Source: Marsupella aquatica
Taxonomy: Eukaryota; Plantae; Marchantiophyta
Length of the DNA: 64,000 nt
Direction of reading: 5' to 3'
Assembly: GCA_973895155.1 (NCBI GenBank)
Contig: OZ316895.1
Location: 8,854,184 to 8,918,183 of the forward strand
The stretch's first letter is position 1. Every line of letters starts with the position of its first letter. The notes under the pieces are model-generated. The model made no database searches. It was not told the origin of the DNA and worked only from the letters and a program-made list of their open reading frames with translations. This document shows positions 11,441-24,996 of this stretch, one piece after another. The translations under genes were made by a program, and so were the position numbers.

Positions 11441-13715
11441 GTGATTGCGGGTATTCGAGCTACATTGGACCTCCACCCTGATTGGGTTGTCCTCCAGGTT
11501 GATGTCTCTAACACTTTTAATACGGTTTCTCGGGCAGCCATTTTTCGTGCTTTGAGGGCGGCGGATCCAGACATCCAGTCCCTGATCCCCTTTGTCCGTT
11601 GTTTTTATGGACTCGAGGCCCCACTCTTCTATAGTCATCACTCCTCTACAGGTGTGTATACCACTCTTTCCTCTGCAGAAGGTACACGTCAGGGTGACCC
11701 TTTGGGTGGGCCTCTTTTTGCCATTGCCCATTTTACAGCTTTACGGGAAGCTGCCATGGCCCACCCCCAGTGTATCTTCCCCTCCCTTTCAGGTGACACC
11801 CACATCATTGGTCCTCCTGCCGCGGTTACTTCTGCCCTCGCCACTCTTTCCACCCATTTGATGGGCCTCGGTTTACGAGTTCAGCCTGTGAAGAGTCGTG
11901 CATGGAGTCCAGCTGGGTTACCCTCTGATCTTGTGCTTCCCCCAGGGTTCTTACGTCCAGCCGATGGTCTTCGGGTCCTTGGCTCCCCAGTCGGTACCGC
12001 CTCCTTTTGCTCATCTTTCATCGCTGACTCTATACAGGCTGCCTTAGCCCATACTCCTATGCTCCCTAAGTTAGCAGATTCTCAGGCAGCATTTGGGATG
12101 TTGTTGAGGTGCATCCACCCTCGTGCGTCTTATCTGGCTAGGACGCATCCCCCTACCGAGGATCTTTGTCTCCACCTTCGAGCATTTGATGTCTCCATTC
12201 GTCAGACCCTGGCCTCTCTTTTAGGTCCGGGTACGTTGCTCTCATCTCCGTGGCTTCATCGACAACTCAGTCTTCCTATTTCGCAGGGTGGTTTTGGGCT
12301 TACTTCCATTGAGAGCCTTGCACCTTTGGCCTTTTTGGGTGCATGGGCGGCCGCCTTCTCGTTGTTGGCCGATCGTTTTCTTATTGAGGATCGCCCTTTT
12401 TTACTTTCATCTCTCCTGGAGGTAGAGGAGGGTTCCCTCCCGTTTTAGGTTCATTTGCGCGCAGCGCGGTCCTCATTACCAGATCCCGTTCGCGCCGCGT
12501 TACCTTCTTTCCAGGAGTTTTTATCCTTGGATCCCGTTCGTCTTCAGGCAGACCTCGCTGGGCGTATGCACACTTTCACCCTTTCCAGCATCCTCTCCGA
12601 GGCACCTGACACGGACCGAGCTCGGATTCTTTCTTCCGGAGGGAAGGGCGCAGGTGGATGGCTTCAGGCCAATCCAGTCATTCCTCATTTGCGGATGTCT
12701 TCAACGGAGTTCTCCACAGCCATGCGTCTTCGTCTGGGGCTGCCCCACCCACTTCTTGCAGGTTTACCTCCTTCTTGCACTTGTGGGAAGCCTTGTGATG
12801 CCACAGGTGTCCATCTTCTTCGGTGCAGTTTGGGAGGTGAAACCATTATTGTTCACGACGCTGTGCGAGATGCGACTGCTCAGGTTCTCTCTGGCTCTTT
12901 GGTATGCGTGCGGCGGGAGGTGGTACTCGAGTTACCTGGTCCTCCATCACAGCGGTTACGGGTGGATCTTACCATGGTCCGTGAGGGTCAACGTACTTTG
13001 GCAGATGTTGTGGTGGCAAACTCATTGCGCCAAGACATCATTGGGACAGCGGCAACTACGGCAGGGGCAGCAGCGTCACGTGCGGCAACAACGAAGGAGG
13101 CCAAATATGCTGCACGAGCTTCATCCGACAGCTTCCTCCCCCTTGCTGTGGAGCTATTTGGGCGTCTTCATCCTCAGTTTGATGGGCTTCTTCGGCAAGC
13201 TGCCCGGGATGTTCATGGCCGAATGGGTCCCACCGGACCCCCGCTTTCTATTTTGACCACGCACTTTCGCCAACGCATTTCAGTCACCTTACAGCGTGCT
13301 CAAGCTCGGGCCATCTATCGTCGATCTCTTACAGTGGGTGCTAGTGTGCCTCCGCAGCGGCTAGCTCCCCTTGAGGATGTTCCAATCCCACTTGCCGATC
13401 TAGTTTTGACTCTTGATGTGGACCATTAGCTTTTTGCCACAATCGGTAGGAATGATGAGGACCTCGGTCCGCTTGGGTTAGTTTTAGTCTCTCTCTCTTT
13501 CTTGGTTTTTAGGGGTTCCCTATTGTTCATTTCTTACTTTTAGTTCCTCTTTCTTGGTGTTTAGTGGTTCCCTTTTGCTCACTTCTTTTTCGATTGGTTT
13601 TGTCCACTTGGGCCCTCTTTTGTTTGTTCATTTGTACTCTGTTTGGTCCCTTTGTATATAAAAAGTGTGTATATTTTTATTTTATTTTATTTTATTTTAT
13701 TTTAATATTTTTTTT
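11441..13715 (+). mobile_element. 5'-truncated CRE-like non-LTR retrotransposon (RT plus C-terminal restriction-like endonuclease), degenerate
   Basis: ORFs 11405-12448 and 12455-13429 are one frame split by a TAG. RT motifs: LQVDVSNTFNTVSR, GTRQGDPLGGPLF, SLSGDTHIIG (DD changed to GD), LRVLGSPVG, LPISQGGFGL. These are followed by a CCHC knuckle (CTC...GVHLLRC), HDAVRD, RVDL..ADVVV..KEAKY and PLAVELFG. A T-rich 3' UTR and a (TTTTA)n run at ~13675-13715 follow; the 3' end is approximate. Confidence 0.85.
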
Positions 13716-14000
13716 AACGTGATGTATTTGTTTGCTTTGTTTTGTTTTGTGGGATTCTATGTTTCTGTCTCTCGCGTTAATTCCTCGACTATAGTCGGCT
13801 CTGTCTAAGCGCACATTCCATAAGAGCAATAACTGGTTTAGCGCAGGGGTATTATGTTCTTCCCTTTTATTTAGGCCCAGTATGCACTTTTGGGGCATCA
13901 TGTCCTTCCCTATTATGATACACTGAGTATGCAGTTTTGGTGCATCGTTCCTAAGCACACACAGGCAGCCTGGAATCATTTTGCTAAACCTCAACTTTAT

Positions 14001-14290
14001 GGGATTAGCCTAGAACTGAGAGGTGCCAGGTTTAATCCCCCTCCACTTGCAAGGGGTGTGGAGGGTACGTGCGTATATGTGTGAGTGAGGTGTATTGGTG
14101 TGAATGCTAGTTTCTCCTCTGCCCCTGCTAGCCCACTTTAGGGCCCTGGTTCAACGGTCTCTCCCTTCTGGTCTGGGTCACTGTAGGATCCCTGTGTATC
14201 ATCCCCCCTTGCGGGCTACAGTGGTGCATACTCCAAAGTAGAAAGTCTAAGTATCCTATGTTGAATGGGTTTACTTTTGGCTTTCAAGTA
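14001..14290 (+). mobile_element. tRNA-derived SINE, 5'-eroded copy (same family as 39645-39956)
   Basis: Colinear with the reverse complement of 39660-39935: gggattagcc..actgaga..tttaatcccc.ctccac.tgcaa..gtggag...ccccttgcgggctac...tatcctatgttgaatg...tttcaag. Confidence 0.75.
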
Positions 14291-15859
14291 ATTTTTTAAG
14301 GGGGTCAATCCTTTTCAAAATGCAACACCTGGCTTAGTGCATACCGGATCCGTCTTCCCAACAGTGTGCGCTTAGTAAGAGTTGATTGTACTGTAAGTTG
14401 TTTGATCTGTTCACAGTCAAAGCAAAATAGAGTACTGTACATGGTACCTTACACTGTGCTACATGCATTGCGATAAGTTGATTTATTTTTTGGTTCTTAA
14501 CTCCAACACTCCAGGGTAAAAAACTGGAACTGGAAACTGAAGCCCCCATGGACCTAAACTTTTGATGAATTACCCGGATGGACCAGTGTAACCCAAATGG
14601 ACTGCAAATAAACTTTATTGTACTCAGATAACACTTTTTCTTTGTAAGGAACCTACTTCATACTTTTCTGTTCAACAGTAACCTGGTCTATCCCGATTGC
14701 AAGTTTCACTAGAGTGGTCCATCCAAGCATTACTCCTTACATTACTTCCCCTAAGCTAGGATAGACTATTTTTATCTTTTTGATGTTAATCTAGCCAGGC
14801 TGGGTGAAAAAATGAAATCCAAGAGTTGGGATGGACAGACAACTTGTGTGCGACCATCCCCATTGACAGCTTAAAGGCCCTTATCACTTTACACCCAAAT
14901 GAGACACAAACCAAACTGGCTGCCATTTGGATGGGAACTTGGTGTTTCCATTTAATTAAAGGGGCACTGCTGTTTAACTAACTGTGATTGACTGAACAAA
15001 ATGAAGTCAAGGTGGCTACACAAGTGATGTGGGGGCCCATTATTTAGTTTTATATACTCTTGAGGCTGAATCTTGACCATATCAAGAGTTGAACAATTGT
15101 GGTTCCCATTAAAAGAGCAAGGTATGGTGTCTAACGATCCTACATGGCAAATAATGCCCCCAAGTAAATGCTGATGTGGAGTCTTTATTTTAACCAGAAA
15201 TGTAGACCACATCCTCGGGTCTTTCATTCAAGGGATTTTTTCCCTTGAATGAAGGATGGACTCATGGAGGGAGAAATTGTCAAGTGATGGGGGATATAGC
15301 TAAGTAATGTAAGTGAAATGTCCATGCAAGACCCTAGTAAGAGTATGTTAGCAGACATTTACTCTTCGGTCTAGAGTTACTATGAAGCCACTATTTATTA
15401 GTCTAACTATAGTCAAGTACTTGGATAAGGTCAGATGTGCTACTACTATATTCACTAGACAGTTTGACTTAGTTAGTAAGGGGTAACTTAGACTCATTGT
15501 TATGGCGCTATCTACACTATTCACAGCAATTGGTCCTATCGCAGGGTTATAGTTTGTCCTGAATTAATGTTGGTTACCCTATATTAGGATGGGGTGATCG
15601 ATTAAATAGAAAATAACATGAAATGTGGTGTCCCTTTGAGCTGAGACTATTTTGGCTTGGAAATCCATGATCAAGAGCAATTTACGTTAGTCAAATCAAG
15701 CTTGTGATTTGTGTTGCAATTGTTTTGCAATTATTTTAGCCCTATTGAGGAATCCCAACTAAAGACATGGAATCAGATTCACTTGCAAACTCTACAACTT
15801 ACAACATTTCACCACCTGCTTCTATGACCATTCTACCACAAGTTTATGATATCATGTGT

Positions 15860-16240
15860 TAGTTATCTTTGATGCTTTGTCTAACTTTTCAGGTAAACTT
15901 TTGCAAGTAGTGGGGCAAGCAGTCCACTTCTCAAAGCTGTTCTCGCAACATATCACATATATATACATCAGTACATAGCTATTGCAGTCATTGTGAATCC
16001 CCACTCCATGCCTGATTGAGAATCCTCATTGCCACATTTTTGATAGGGTACTGACCTGGGTACTTATCTTTGATGTTTCTTCCAACTTTTAAGCAAATTT
16101 TGGAAACTGCCCCATTCTCAAAAGCTCAGCATTCTTGCAACGCATTATATTGGTACATGCCACATTAGTACATAGCTATTGTAAGTCATTGTCAATCCCC
16201 ATTCCATGGTTGAGAATACTCATCACACATGATTCACTGC
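15860..16240. repeat. Diverged ~200-bp tandem duplication
   Basis: ttatctttgatg..aactttt at ~15863 and ~16063; tacatagctattg..agtcattgt.aatcccca.tccatg at ~15972 and ~16169. Confidence 0.7.
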
Positions 16241-17516
16241 CTTTTCTTTCTTGTAAATGGTGGACTGTACACTTTTACCCTGACATTGCCTTGAAACACT
16301 TTGTTATTTCTATGGCACATACTAAGAATTCTGTTCAATTTTTGGTGACAATGTCATCTGGTATTCCCACTTTGAGAGCTTTTACAAATGCCCAGGCAGG
16401 TGAGGCCATATTTGTCCCAACTGTGACAAATGAGTCAATGGACCCCCCACAATGAAATGTGTTACCTTGATGAGCCCCTGAGCAATCCACATAGTTGATA
16501 ATCTCAATCCACCTTAAAATGCCACTGTCCCCAAAGCAAAACCTTGTGGATCCAGGTTACTAAAAGGAGTGAGTAATGTTCTCAAAAAAGTAATAAAATG
16601 CACTTTTTTGTCCTCCCCTAACTTGGCCCACAGAGGTGGTTTAAACCAAGGAACCCACATTAAAACAGGTTTCATCGCCCAGAGAGATATGACTTTATGA
16701 TAGTTCACTTGAGTAAAGACTTATAGATCTTGGGTTCAACTATGGCTAACTATTCCCTTTCTTGTGAGGTTACTTCCCCTTTATAAAACAAAAAAAAAAC
16801 AAAAAAAAAACTCAGGTTTCATCAAGTAACAATTTTCATTTTGGGGTTCCATGAAGCAAATGATAATAACTAAAAAAAAGAACTTTCCATTCGTGGACGG
16901 TTTTGGGTTTCGTAGACATTTCATCACCCCTCATTCCCTCAAGGGTTTAGGGTTTGCATGTCGTCCCCGATTTCCATCCTTCCCTGGGCATTTCGATTAT
17001 TCTACATCTAAGCCGGACAGCAAAGGTTTCGGTTGGCCTCGATTGGCTTCGAAGAAAGTCAAGAGGGAGAGAGAAAAGTAGGAGAGATCCACGGAGATTA
17101 GATCCACAGACAGACGGAGCTTCGATCTGCTAGACGTCAATGTACCCACAGAAAAAGGTAGTGTTGGCACATGTCGTGCGGGAGATAGAGTGCGCTGGAA
17201 GGCGTTGTTGATATTTAATTTCCCTGAGCGGATTCCGATTCGGGGGAGCTTCATCGACGGATTGATTGATTGAGTGCGGTCGTTCCTTGCATTGGAAGCA
17301 ATTTGCGTGCGGAGCAATTGGTCCATCTGATTGCCAGTGCCAGATTTTCCAGTGCGGGGGGGAAGCAGAGTTGTGGAGCAGAACCGCTACTGCACGCGAG
17401 GGTTTGGCCAGATTCGAGATCGGTGGTGCTGTATTTGGAGTGGGAGCACTGATTTGGGAGAAACACTTATTTCTGGGTGTGCTGTTCTTTTTTTTTGAGT
17501 CCGTAGAGGAGGAAGG

Positions 17517-20500
17517 ATGAGTAGTTTTCAACGCAGTTTGAAGCACACGAAAGCTCTGATTCAGGCGTTTCAAAGGCCGACGCAAGTGCGGTGCTTCAAA
17601 GCTCCACCGGCTGTGGTTGAGCGAGTTCAGTCCGTTGCCAGAGATCCGCAATGTCTTCTTTCTTCTCCCAGGGTGCGTATGTACGCAATTAAATTCCTTC
17701 GCTAACACGCGCGCAGAATTTATAACCAGATCGAAATAATAAATCACGGAGCTAAGCTCTATGTATCCGCATCGACGATTGGTATATGGGGGCTGAAGAA
17801 ATGCTTAAATGGCCAGAATGTTATTTCAAAAAATGAATGATGCGCTTTACGGAAATTCTGATTTATCAAAATGATATGTTGGTGAGTGGATGAATTAACA
17901 AGAAACCCCTTTGTCGACAGAGGGATTGGAAAGCATTTGAAGTACGTAGGGCCAAGCATCAGAGGATTTGCGGCGATGAACTGAAAACCCTTGCGTTGGA
18001 ATCTGATTCACGTTTTCTCTCTCAATATTGCAGCATCGATGGACGACCACAATGTCCTTGATTCCGCGGGTTGTCACTCAGGTTCCAGGCTTCGATCAAC
18101 ACCCTTCGTCTGCGTTCTCTTTTTCTACAGTGGCAACTCCGCAAGTCGATGGCAAAGATTCAAGCACAGTTCCCTCACCAGAGCCCACTGCCGCCGCCGA
18201 GGAGACTGTTGAGCCAGTTCAACAAGCGGACAAGGCAGGGGAGAAAGGAGGCACTGAAGAAGGAGCTAGTGAGGATGTTAACAAAGAAGACCTAGTCGGC
18301 CTTCTAGCAGAGAAATTAGCTCTGCTGGAAGAGAGGAATAAGGAAATAAAGGTGTTGAAGGACAAGCTCCTGTGGAGCCTAGCAGAGATGGAAAATGTCA
18401 GGCAAAGGACCAAGAGAGATGCCGAGAGTACCGCAAAATATGCTGTACAGGTGCGTCAGTCTAGTATTGTGACATTTCTTTTCATGGCCATTGTTCTCTT
18501 TATAGAATTAGAGTAGTGGTGGTCCATCTTTGAGGTAATTGAAGCGTTCTACACAGCAATATGCTAGTACTGAAAAGCTAACTACACTTTAACTAGCTTA
18601 TCTCGTCACTGCCATAGTGGGTCAACCGTGGACAGCTTCAACACACAAACCTTTGGAGATATTGCAGCTATGACTCTTCTGTTCTATGTGGACTAAGTTT
18701 TCAAGGAGGGCATGTTTTTGTACAGTACCTTTACGAACATTTTCGTTTCGATTTGGGTTGTTCCATCTCTCTTTCTGATCTTTTCCTTTTTGTTTTTTCG
18801 AACAGGGGTTTGCAAAAGGACTGCTAGATGTTGCAGATAACTTATCAAGGGCAACCGGAGCAGTACCTGAAGGTATTGCGAAGGCAATTCCAGCAGATGA
18901 TGCATCTGGTAACCTTAAGGTGCTACAGACACTGCTGCAAGGCGTGGTGATGACAGAGAAGCAGCTTTTACAGGTAATACTTGAATTTCATAATATCATG
19001 GGTTCAAGCAAATTGATTCCTTTTTCGTAAGAATCACCATTCATGCAAGTAATTTTTATGCAAAGGCAGTGAATTGCCCGTCCCTAGATTCTGCAAGTGA
19101 CGGTAGAACCCTTTGATTTCTGCGTGTCGGGAAAGGGTTTGAGTAAGTGGGGAATGCATGCAGAGGCCTCACCTAGCTGTCCCCGGCTGCAAATATTTGG
19201 CTCGTATAGTGAAAGTTGATCTGTAAAATATGTCCAAGATAAGCTTGACAGCGTTTCGGTGACCTAAAGCAGAAACTAATCCTGGGATACACGTGATGTT
19301 CTCTCTCTTCGCCTAGTATTTCGTTTTAACACTCGCAAAATGGAAAAGCCGACACATTTTATGGGCTTGTGGCTTGTTTGCCCTGATGGGGTATGACCGG
19401 CCTTGTGCTCTATTATCTGTTCCTGTTTTGCATTGTCAGGCAGACTATTTTCACAAGTATTTCTCCCTCTAGATATAGTCTATTCTCAGTTGTTGGAGCA
19501 AAAGATTTCACCTGAATCGCCAGTTTTATGTGTCTCGTTTGTAACGATGAGTTTTCTTGCTGGTGAACCCAAGTGCCTCTATTTGAGTGGAACAAAAGGT
19601 CAATTTCAGTGGAGCTGCGACGGCAACTCCTAAGCCTATCAGCTGTGGAATGACCTTGTGTTTCTGGTGTAGCTTGCACCTGAATTGTCTATTCTCATGT
19701 GTTTCTTTTGAAATGATGGAGTTTTCACGCAAGTGCCTCTATGTCAATGGAACAAAATGGTGAAGTTTAGGGAAGTGCAACAGCACCTCTTAAGCCTATC
19801 AGTCGTGGAATGACCCTCGAGCGATTGGTGTAGTGATCCCGATGCACTGCTTTGGGCAATGATTATATGGGAGTTGTGGTAGGGGTATCTTCAGTAACTG
19901 ATGTACTTATAAAAGTAATTGGTGGCATACTCATGTCAATCAGCATGAGTTTGGTTATACCAGTGAGGTCATAAACCACAAGGCACTATTTTCCATGTTC
20001 GTCAATTCTGATGACTAGTGTTGGGAAAGTTTGTCAGAGTCGTTGTTTCCATGGGGCTTCTTAAGACCCCTCGGCAGGGGGGACTTTTTGTGGCATAGTT
20101 GGGGCACTTCGGACAAAAAGAAGGCGAATTGCAAGACCCATTGCTTCAACTTTTTGGAAACGTTGGAGCTCTAACTCAGCACTCTTCTCAGAAGAGTTTA
20201 CAGTAGTCAGTAAAGCTGAAATGGCCGACTAATGATGATGTGGACTTTGAAAGCGGTGCTTTGTAGTTTCGCTTCGCCTATCCACTATCTACTCGTCCCT
20301 TTCCCTGTAGTAGTTCCGTCCGTCCGTCCAGGCGGGGGTCTCCGACCGTAACGCTACCGCGAATGTCTCACCATGAGCATGAGCACTCTATATAATATAC
20401 ACTCTGGTGGTGTGCAGGTATTCAAGAAGCATGGCTTGGAAAAATATCAGTCATTGGGTGAGCAGTTTGATCCAAATCGTCATTCAGCTGTGTTTGAAGT

Positions 20501-20874
20501 GCCGGACCCAACAAAGCCACCCGGCACGATCGCTTTGGAGTTGAAGGTACTACTGATCGCATTGCTAGTTAGCCCATCATTGAGATGGCCTCAAAAGTAT
20601 CTCATTGCATTTATCCCAAGGGAGAACAAGTTTGATCTACTTTGCTCTGACCTAGGTTTAGGCCTTTGACCAGTTTCGTGAAGTTGTTGGGGGGGGGGGC
20701 CGCGAGCGGGCAGGTTGGGAAAGACAGCTATGTACACTTGCTTTGTTGATGTGTCTGTGTTGGAGTCTCAGCAGTTAGCATGCTCACCAATTTGGTCTAT
20801 GTATGCAGGCCGGATACATCTTAAATGATCGGGTCATCCGCCCCGCTGAAGTTGGAGTAGTGAAGGGGGAATAA
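17517..20874 (+). CDS. grpE: Mitochondrial GrpE nucleotide-exchange factor (MGE), 5 exons, ~311 aa
   Basis: Exons 17517-17672, 18034-18450, 18806-18973, 20418-20546 and 20809-20874 (GT-AG, phase 0). It has an R/S-rich presequence and the motifs LAEMENVRQRTKRD, FAKGLLDVADNLSRA, GVVMTEKQL, FDPNRHSAVF and GYILNDRVIRPAEVGV. Confidence 0.95.
19570..19835. repeat. Diverged ~160-bp tandem duplication in GrpE intron 3
   Basis: caagtgcctctat...tggaacaaaa...taagcctatcag..gtggaatgacc...tggtgtag at ~19570 and ~19730. Confidence 0.75.
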
Positions 20875-21611
20875 CCATACATACCGTAGAAAATTTTGAC
20901 AGCCTTTTAGGATTTCAGGTTTCTGTGACCTATTTGATTCTCTTATGTAGAATTCTACGCGAGAGTATTAAATGTAGAAGAACGTGAGTTTAGTTTTTTC
21001 TTAGAAAGAATTGGAAAATTGACCCTGTGACGGGTCTTTAGTTAATCCCTGTTACATTAGGTTCACCTGAGGGTCATCTGTGCTCTCACGGCTTGTCTCA
21101 TAGTAGTCTGTGACAAGTGAAGATGTAATGGAATATTGGGATTGCACAATTTCCATGTACATCTTGGGCATTGTGAAATTCAATAAGCGTTGCATCCTTC
21201 CAAAAGTTGGTGCCAACGTTGAGTGAATTGGTTCTGTGAGCGACGTGCTTGTCTTGCAGTATTATCATTGGTGGCCCACTTAAGGTTTGAGAGGAAAATC
21301 AGTTCATGGTTACAGTGAATCGCTGAATGCATCTACCAGGCGCGAGGACACGCAAAAGTGGAACCTAATGTTCAATGTGATATATTCCCATTTTGCAAAT
21401 TAGATTCTATCGAAAGAGACATACGTTTGGATAGTGGACAAGGAGACTAAAACTGCGAAATATTATCAAATCATGTTTTCGGTGGTAAACCGCACACAAA
21501 GCTTCATAGGATCAGGTCATTCAGGAACGATTGTCACAATAGCTTCGGGGACAAGGCAGGGTCAAGGCCACGGTAGTGGTTTCGACTACCAATGCAGAAT
21601 GTCCTGAAAAA

Positions 21612-22550
21612 TTACTCTCGCCAACCAGTCTCCCGTTTCTTCATGAATCTGGAAACCATAGCTGGCTCTTTTACCACATTCTTCTTTGGATGGTTAGCTT
21701 TGGGAATTCTTCTTTCTTTAAGCGATACCATTTTAGACATCGGGATGGGGCTTGAGTCAAAATCTGCATTATGCAAGGCCCCAGCTTTTCTTGTTTGATT
21801 CAGACCTGTTGTGACGTCAAATAATGAGTTGTCTCGCCTGCAGGAGCTCCATATTTGACTCAGAAAGTCATCTTCACTATCTTTAAAATTTTCATGAAAT
21901 CTTTCTGTAAGGCTGATGAAATTCTCCATGTTGACAGGGAACCCTAGTTCAGCCTCGCACCCATCTTGCGAAGCTCCTATTTGAGGAGTGATATTTTCCT
22001 CATTCTGATGCTGGTTTGTGGTTGCATCACTGTGCCCGTTAACAGTAAGAAGTTCATTTCCCTCCTCCCTGTACTTTACAACATCGTTCACCTCTGGCTT
22101 GTCTGGATGGCCAAATTGGGATTTCAAAGTTTCATTAAAACATTGTTTTTGCTCAGCATCCAACAAGTTCCATTCTTCCTTGCAAATCTCCAGGCATGAT
22201 TTGGGCTTCTGCACAAGTAGCGCTTGAGATTGGGACTTCTTGGTGCCTACAAAATAGAGTGATGAATGAGCTGAATTGTTCTTAACGTCCTTTTTGTTCG
22301 TTTTGCTGGCTCGGTATGATAGGATCGACTAAACCAGACCTCATGTGCTCGTTGTAGATTATTAATGGATATTTCTACTGGAAGTTCTTAGGTAGTTCCG
22401 TTGCAGAATTTCATAGATCTGGAGTGAAGGTCAAGTGGAAGAGAAGTTTTGAAACAAGTAGAGAGAATCAAGAGACCTTGTAGGCCGCTGATTGTGGATT
22501 TAGCACATTTGATTTTACGTTGCATCACCTTCAAGAGTAAATTTTGTTCC
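21612..22550 (-). CDS. Putative terminal exons of an unidentified gene or pseudogene (22550-22477, 22246-21612)
   Basis: A 635-nt open frame follows the acceptor ttttgtag and is phase-compatible with a 74-nt upstream exon (EQNLLLKVMQRKIKCAK...). No recognisable family, and the start codon was not found. Confidence 0.35.
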
Positions 22551-23895
22551 CTGCAATTCCCACCCAATCAAAGATTCTGTAAGACTCCCACTTCAACCGG
22601 CCAAGAATATGACCAATGTTGCCAATGAATTGTGAGCTTTTCCTACTTTCAAAGCTCTAGGTCTCTCAAGATGTATCTACTGGGTCTAATCATTCTCACT
22701 ACCATTGCTCCACAACTTTGTTAGCAAGCCGCCGGGGTCGCTGCATTGTTCCGACTGAAGTAGGGTTCGCCCAATGAAATCACGCACACACGTGGTCGAT
22801 CTTTTCTGCAGCCTTACAAATACCAGTCCTATCAAATCTGTTTGTCATCGTTTTCACCTACATTACACAAAAGTGTCTTGTGAGTATCGAGTATTTTGAT
22901 CTCTGGTGGATATGTTAATCAACTAAGACTCATGAAATTTCACACGAAGAGTGCTAAAGTAAAGCCCAGTCACCGGTTATGGACCGTTCATGAACTGGAT
23001 GGACTTTGAATGAACTGAGAATTTTGGCAATAACAGTTATACTAATTTGCCTGCGCTTACCCTTGTGACGTGGAAATCATGCAGCACTTGTTGAGTGCAT
23101 ATGTTTTATCCTGTATAAGCAATGGACAGTTGTGTGGTCGAAGTCAATTATTCTCCAGCCTTGTTTGTTTTATCGGTTCTTCATCATTGATTTCATTGAT
23201 TGCCAATGGAATGAAGTAATCCATCAATGACTCTGTGAATCTGTTTCAAATGAGCAACAATTGCTTTGTTAGTGGAACTCTATGTAATTGTTCCATGCCC
23301 TCAGTTACTTTTGAACCGTTTGATCTGATATGTTTTCTCTCAAACAACCTTCCCATCTTTTCTCATTTGCCGCGAAAGATTATACTCCTAAAGCCCATCT
23401 TGGTCATCTTACACAATCCTCAAAAAGTTGTTCAAAGTTGCACTAAACCAAATGCTTCTCCAATTTAATTGCCTAGAGTGCATAGTCTAACCGCATTTCC
23501 CACCTAATTTCCCACACGGGGCAATATGTTTACGATAACCAGGAGCGCATCAGCCTTCAGACAGTCTTTTTCATCACATTGAGCACTGCAAACATTGAAA
23601 TATTGACAGGTTTGCACGCGGCCATGAGGTGTAGTGCCAGTCGAATTTGGTAAGGAACGATTCCTTCGAATTTCCGCTTAATGTCAATCAATCAAAAGGG
23701 ACAATGCGAATCCCGTTTGAGAACCAACTAAAGAGGGCAGTTTCTCCGGAGTTATCAACGTAATGAGCAAGAACCATCAAAATCAGCATGAACATCTGTC
23801 TAGTTGCATAAGAAGAGGGTTCATCGATGTACCAGGGGAAACCAAGGCCCACTAATGTAAGTTCCAGTCAGATTAAATTTAAACTCCTTCACATA

Positions 23896-24530
23896 CACCT
23901 GGTAAATGGACTAGAGAGTTTAGGATTGGACACCTGGTAAACGGACTAGAGAGTTTAGGATTGGAGAGTTTTAGAGGTCTTTGCAAAATTCTACTGTAAT
24001 CGCTTTGTACTGTGTTGGGGTGTACTGTAGATTTGGCAATCTGCCTAGACCGTCAAGCGATCTAAGCGTCGTTGGATTTGGCTTTGCATTTTTATTTGCG
24101 TTATATGCTTTTGGTGTGTACTTGGGTTTCCTGATTTAATCTGTCCAATTCATTTAGATGTAAAATTATTAACTTCGGATTTTAACAAATGGAAGAATAA
24201 ATTTTTTAAAATGGGAGAAATAAGCTCCTACACAAAAAGGTTTCAAATCACCCTCCACCAGGATTTCTATTCCCAGATGGACACAATAGAAACCTCTGAA
24301 ATGACGATTCTAAAAATCTGGACTATTATTAATATCTAGGAATTGGTCTTGGGCTGTCACCACCCCATTATTGTTGTACCAATGTATCCCAATATGAATG
24401 TGTAGCTCATGTATTGTTATCAAGAAAGAATGTCAAATCGCTGGAAACCCCATACCATCCAAATCCGCAACGAAAGTTACAAAGGTTAAACTCCATACCA
24501 TCCAAATCCGCAAGGTAAGTTACAAAGGTC
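23896..24530. repeat. Two short near-perfect tandem duplications (35 bp at ~23896-23965; ~41 bp at ~24450-24530)
   Basis: cacctggtaaa(t/c)ggactagagagtttaggattgga x2; ccataccatccaaatccgcaa..aagttacaaagg x2. Confidence 0.85.
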
Positions 24531-24969
24531 CATTCTCTCTTAATAGCAATTGAAGTCATCCCATAATGTCTTTGAGACTGATCATTTGAGAAGGAAGTGT
24601 TGAGGTTTTTGGGTTTTCCACTCAGAAATTCTAATCAACGAAGCGCTTATTGGAAAAGATTCATTTCTGCAATGAGTTCAAAATTGAACATACAATCGAA
24701 GCTAATAGATTCAACATTCAAATCGAAATATAGAATTTCGACTCTGGCGCGGGTCATAGTTCCGTGATGCACAATCAGCACGAGGGAGGTCCGAGAACAG
24801 TTCGGGCTTTGAGATCGGAAAGTGGAGAGGCTTTTCAGAAAACCACATCACTTTCAAACAAAGTAATATTCAATGCATCTTAAATTTGCTGTACCTCCCA
24901 GACTTCTGTACGTCCCTGACTCATGTGTTTGCATTGGATAAAAGGAATCATGTTTGTGGGGATGAGCAC

Positions 24970-24996
24970 GGTTTAGGGTTTAGGGTTTAGGGTTTA
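24970..24996 (+). repeat. Interstitial Arabidopsis-type telomeric repeat (TTTAGGG)x3
   Basis: ggtttagggtttagggtttagggttta. Confidence 0.85.

Noticed and set aside
20007-20030. CTGATGA...GAAA hammerhead-like core in the GrpE intron
   Set aside because: Stem II is weak and no stems I/III or cleavage triplet could be paired.
20231-20340. C/D box snoRNA candidate (ATGATGA) in GrpE intron 3
   Set aside because: No D box (CTGA) at a suitable distance and no terminal stem.
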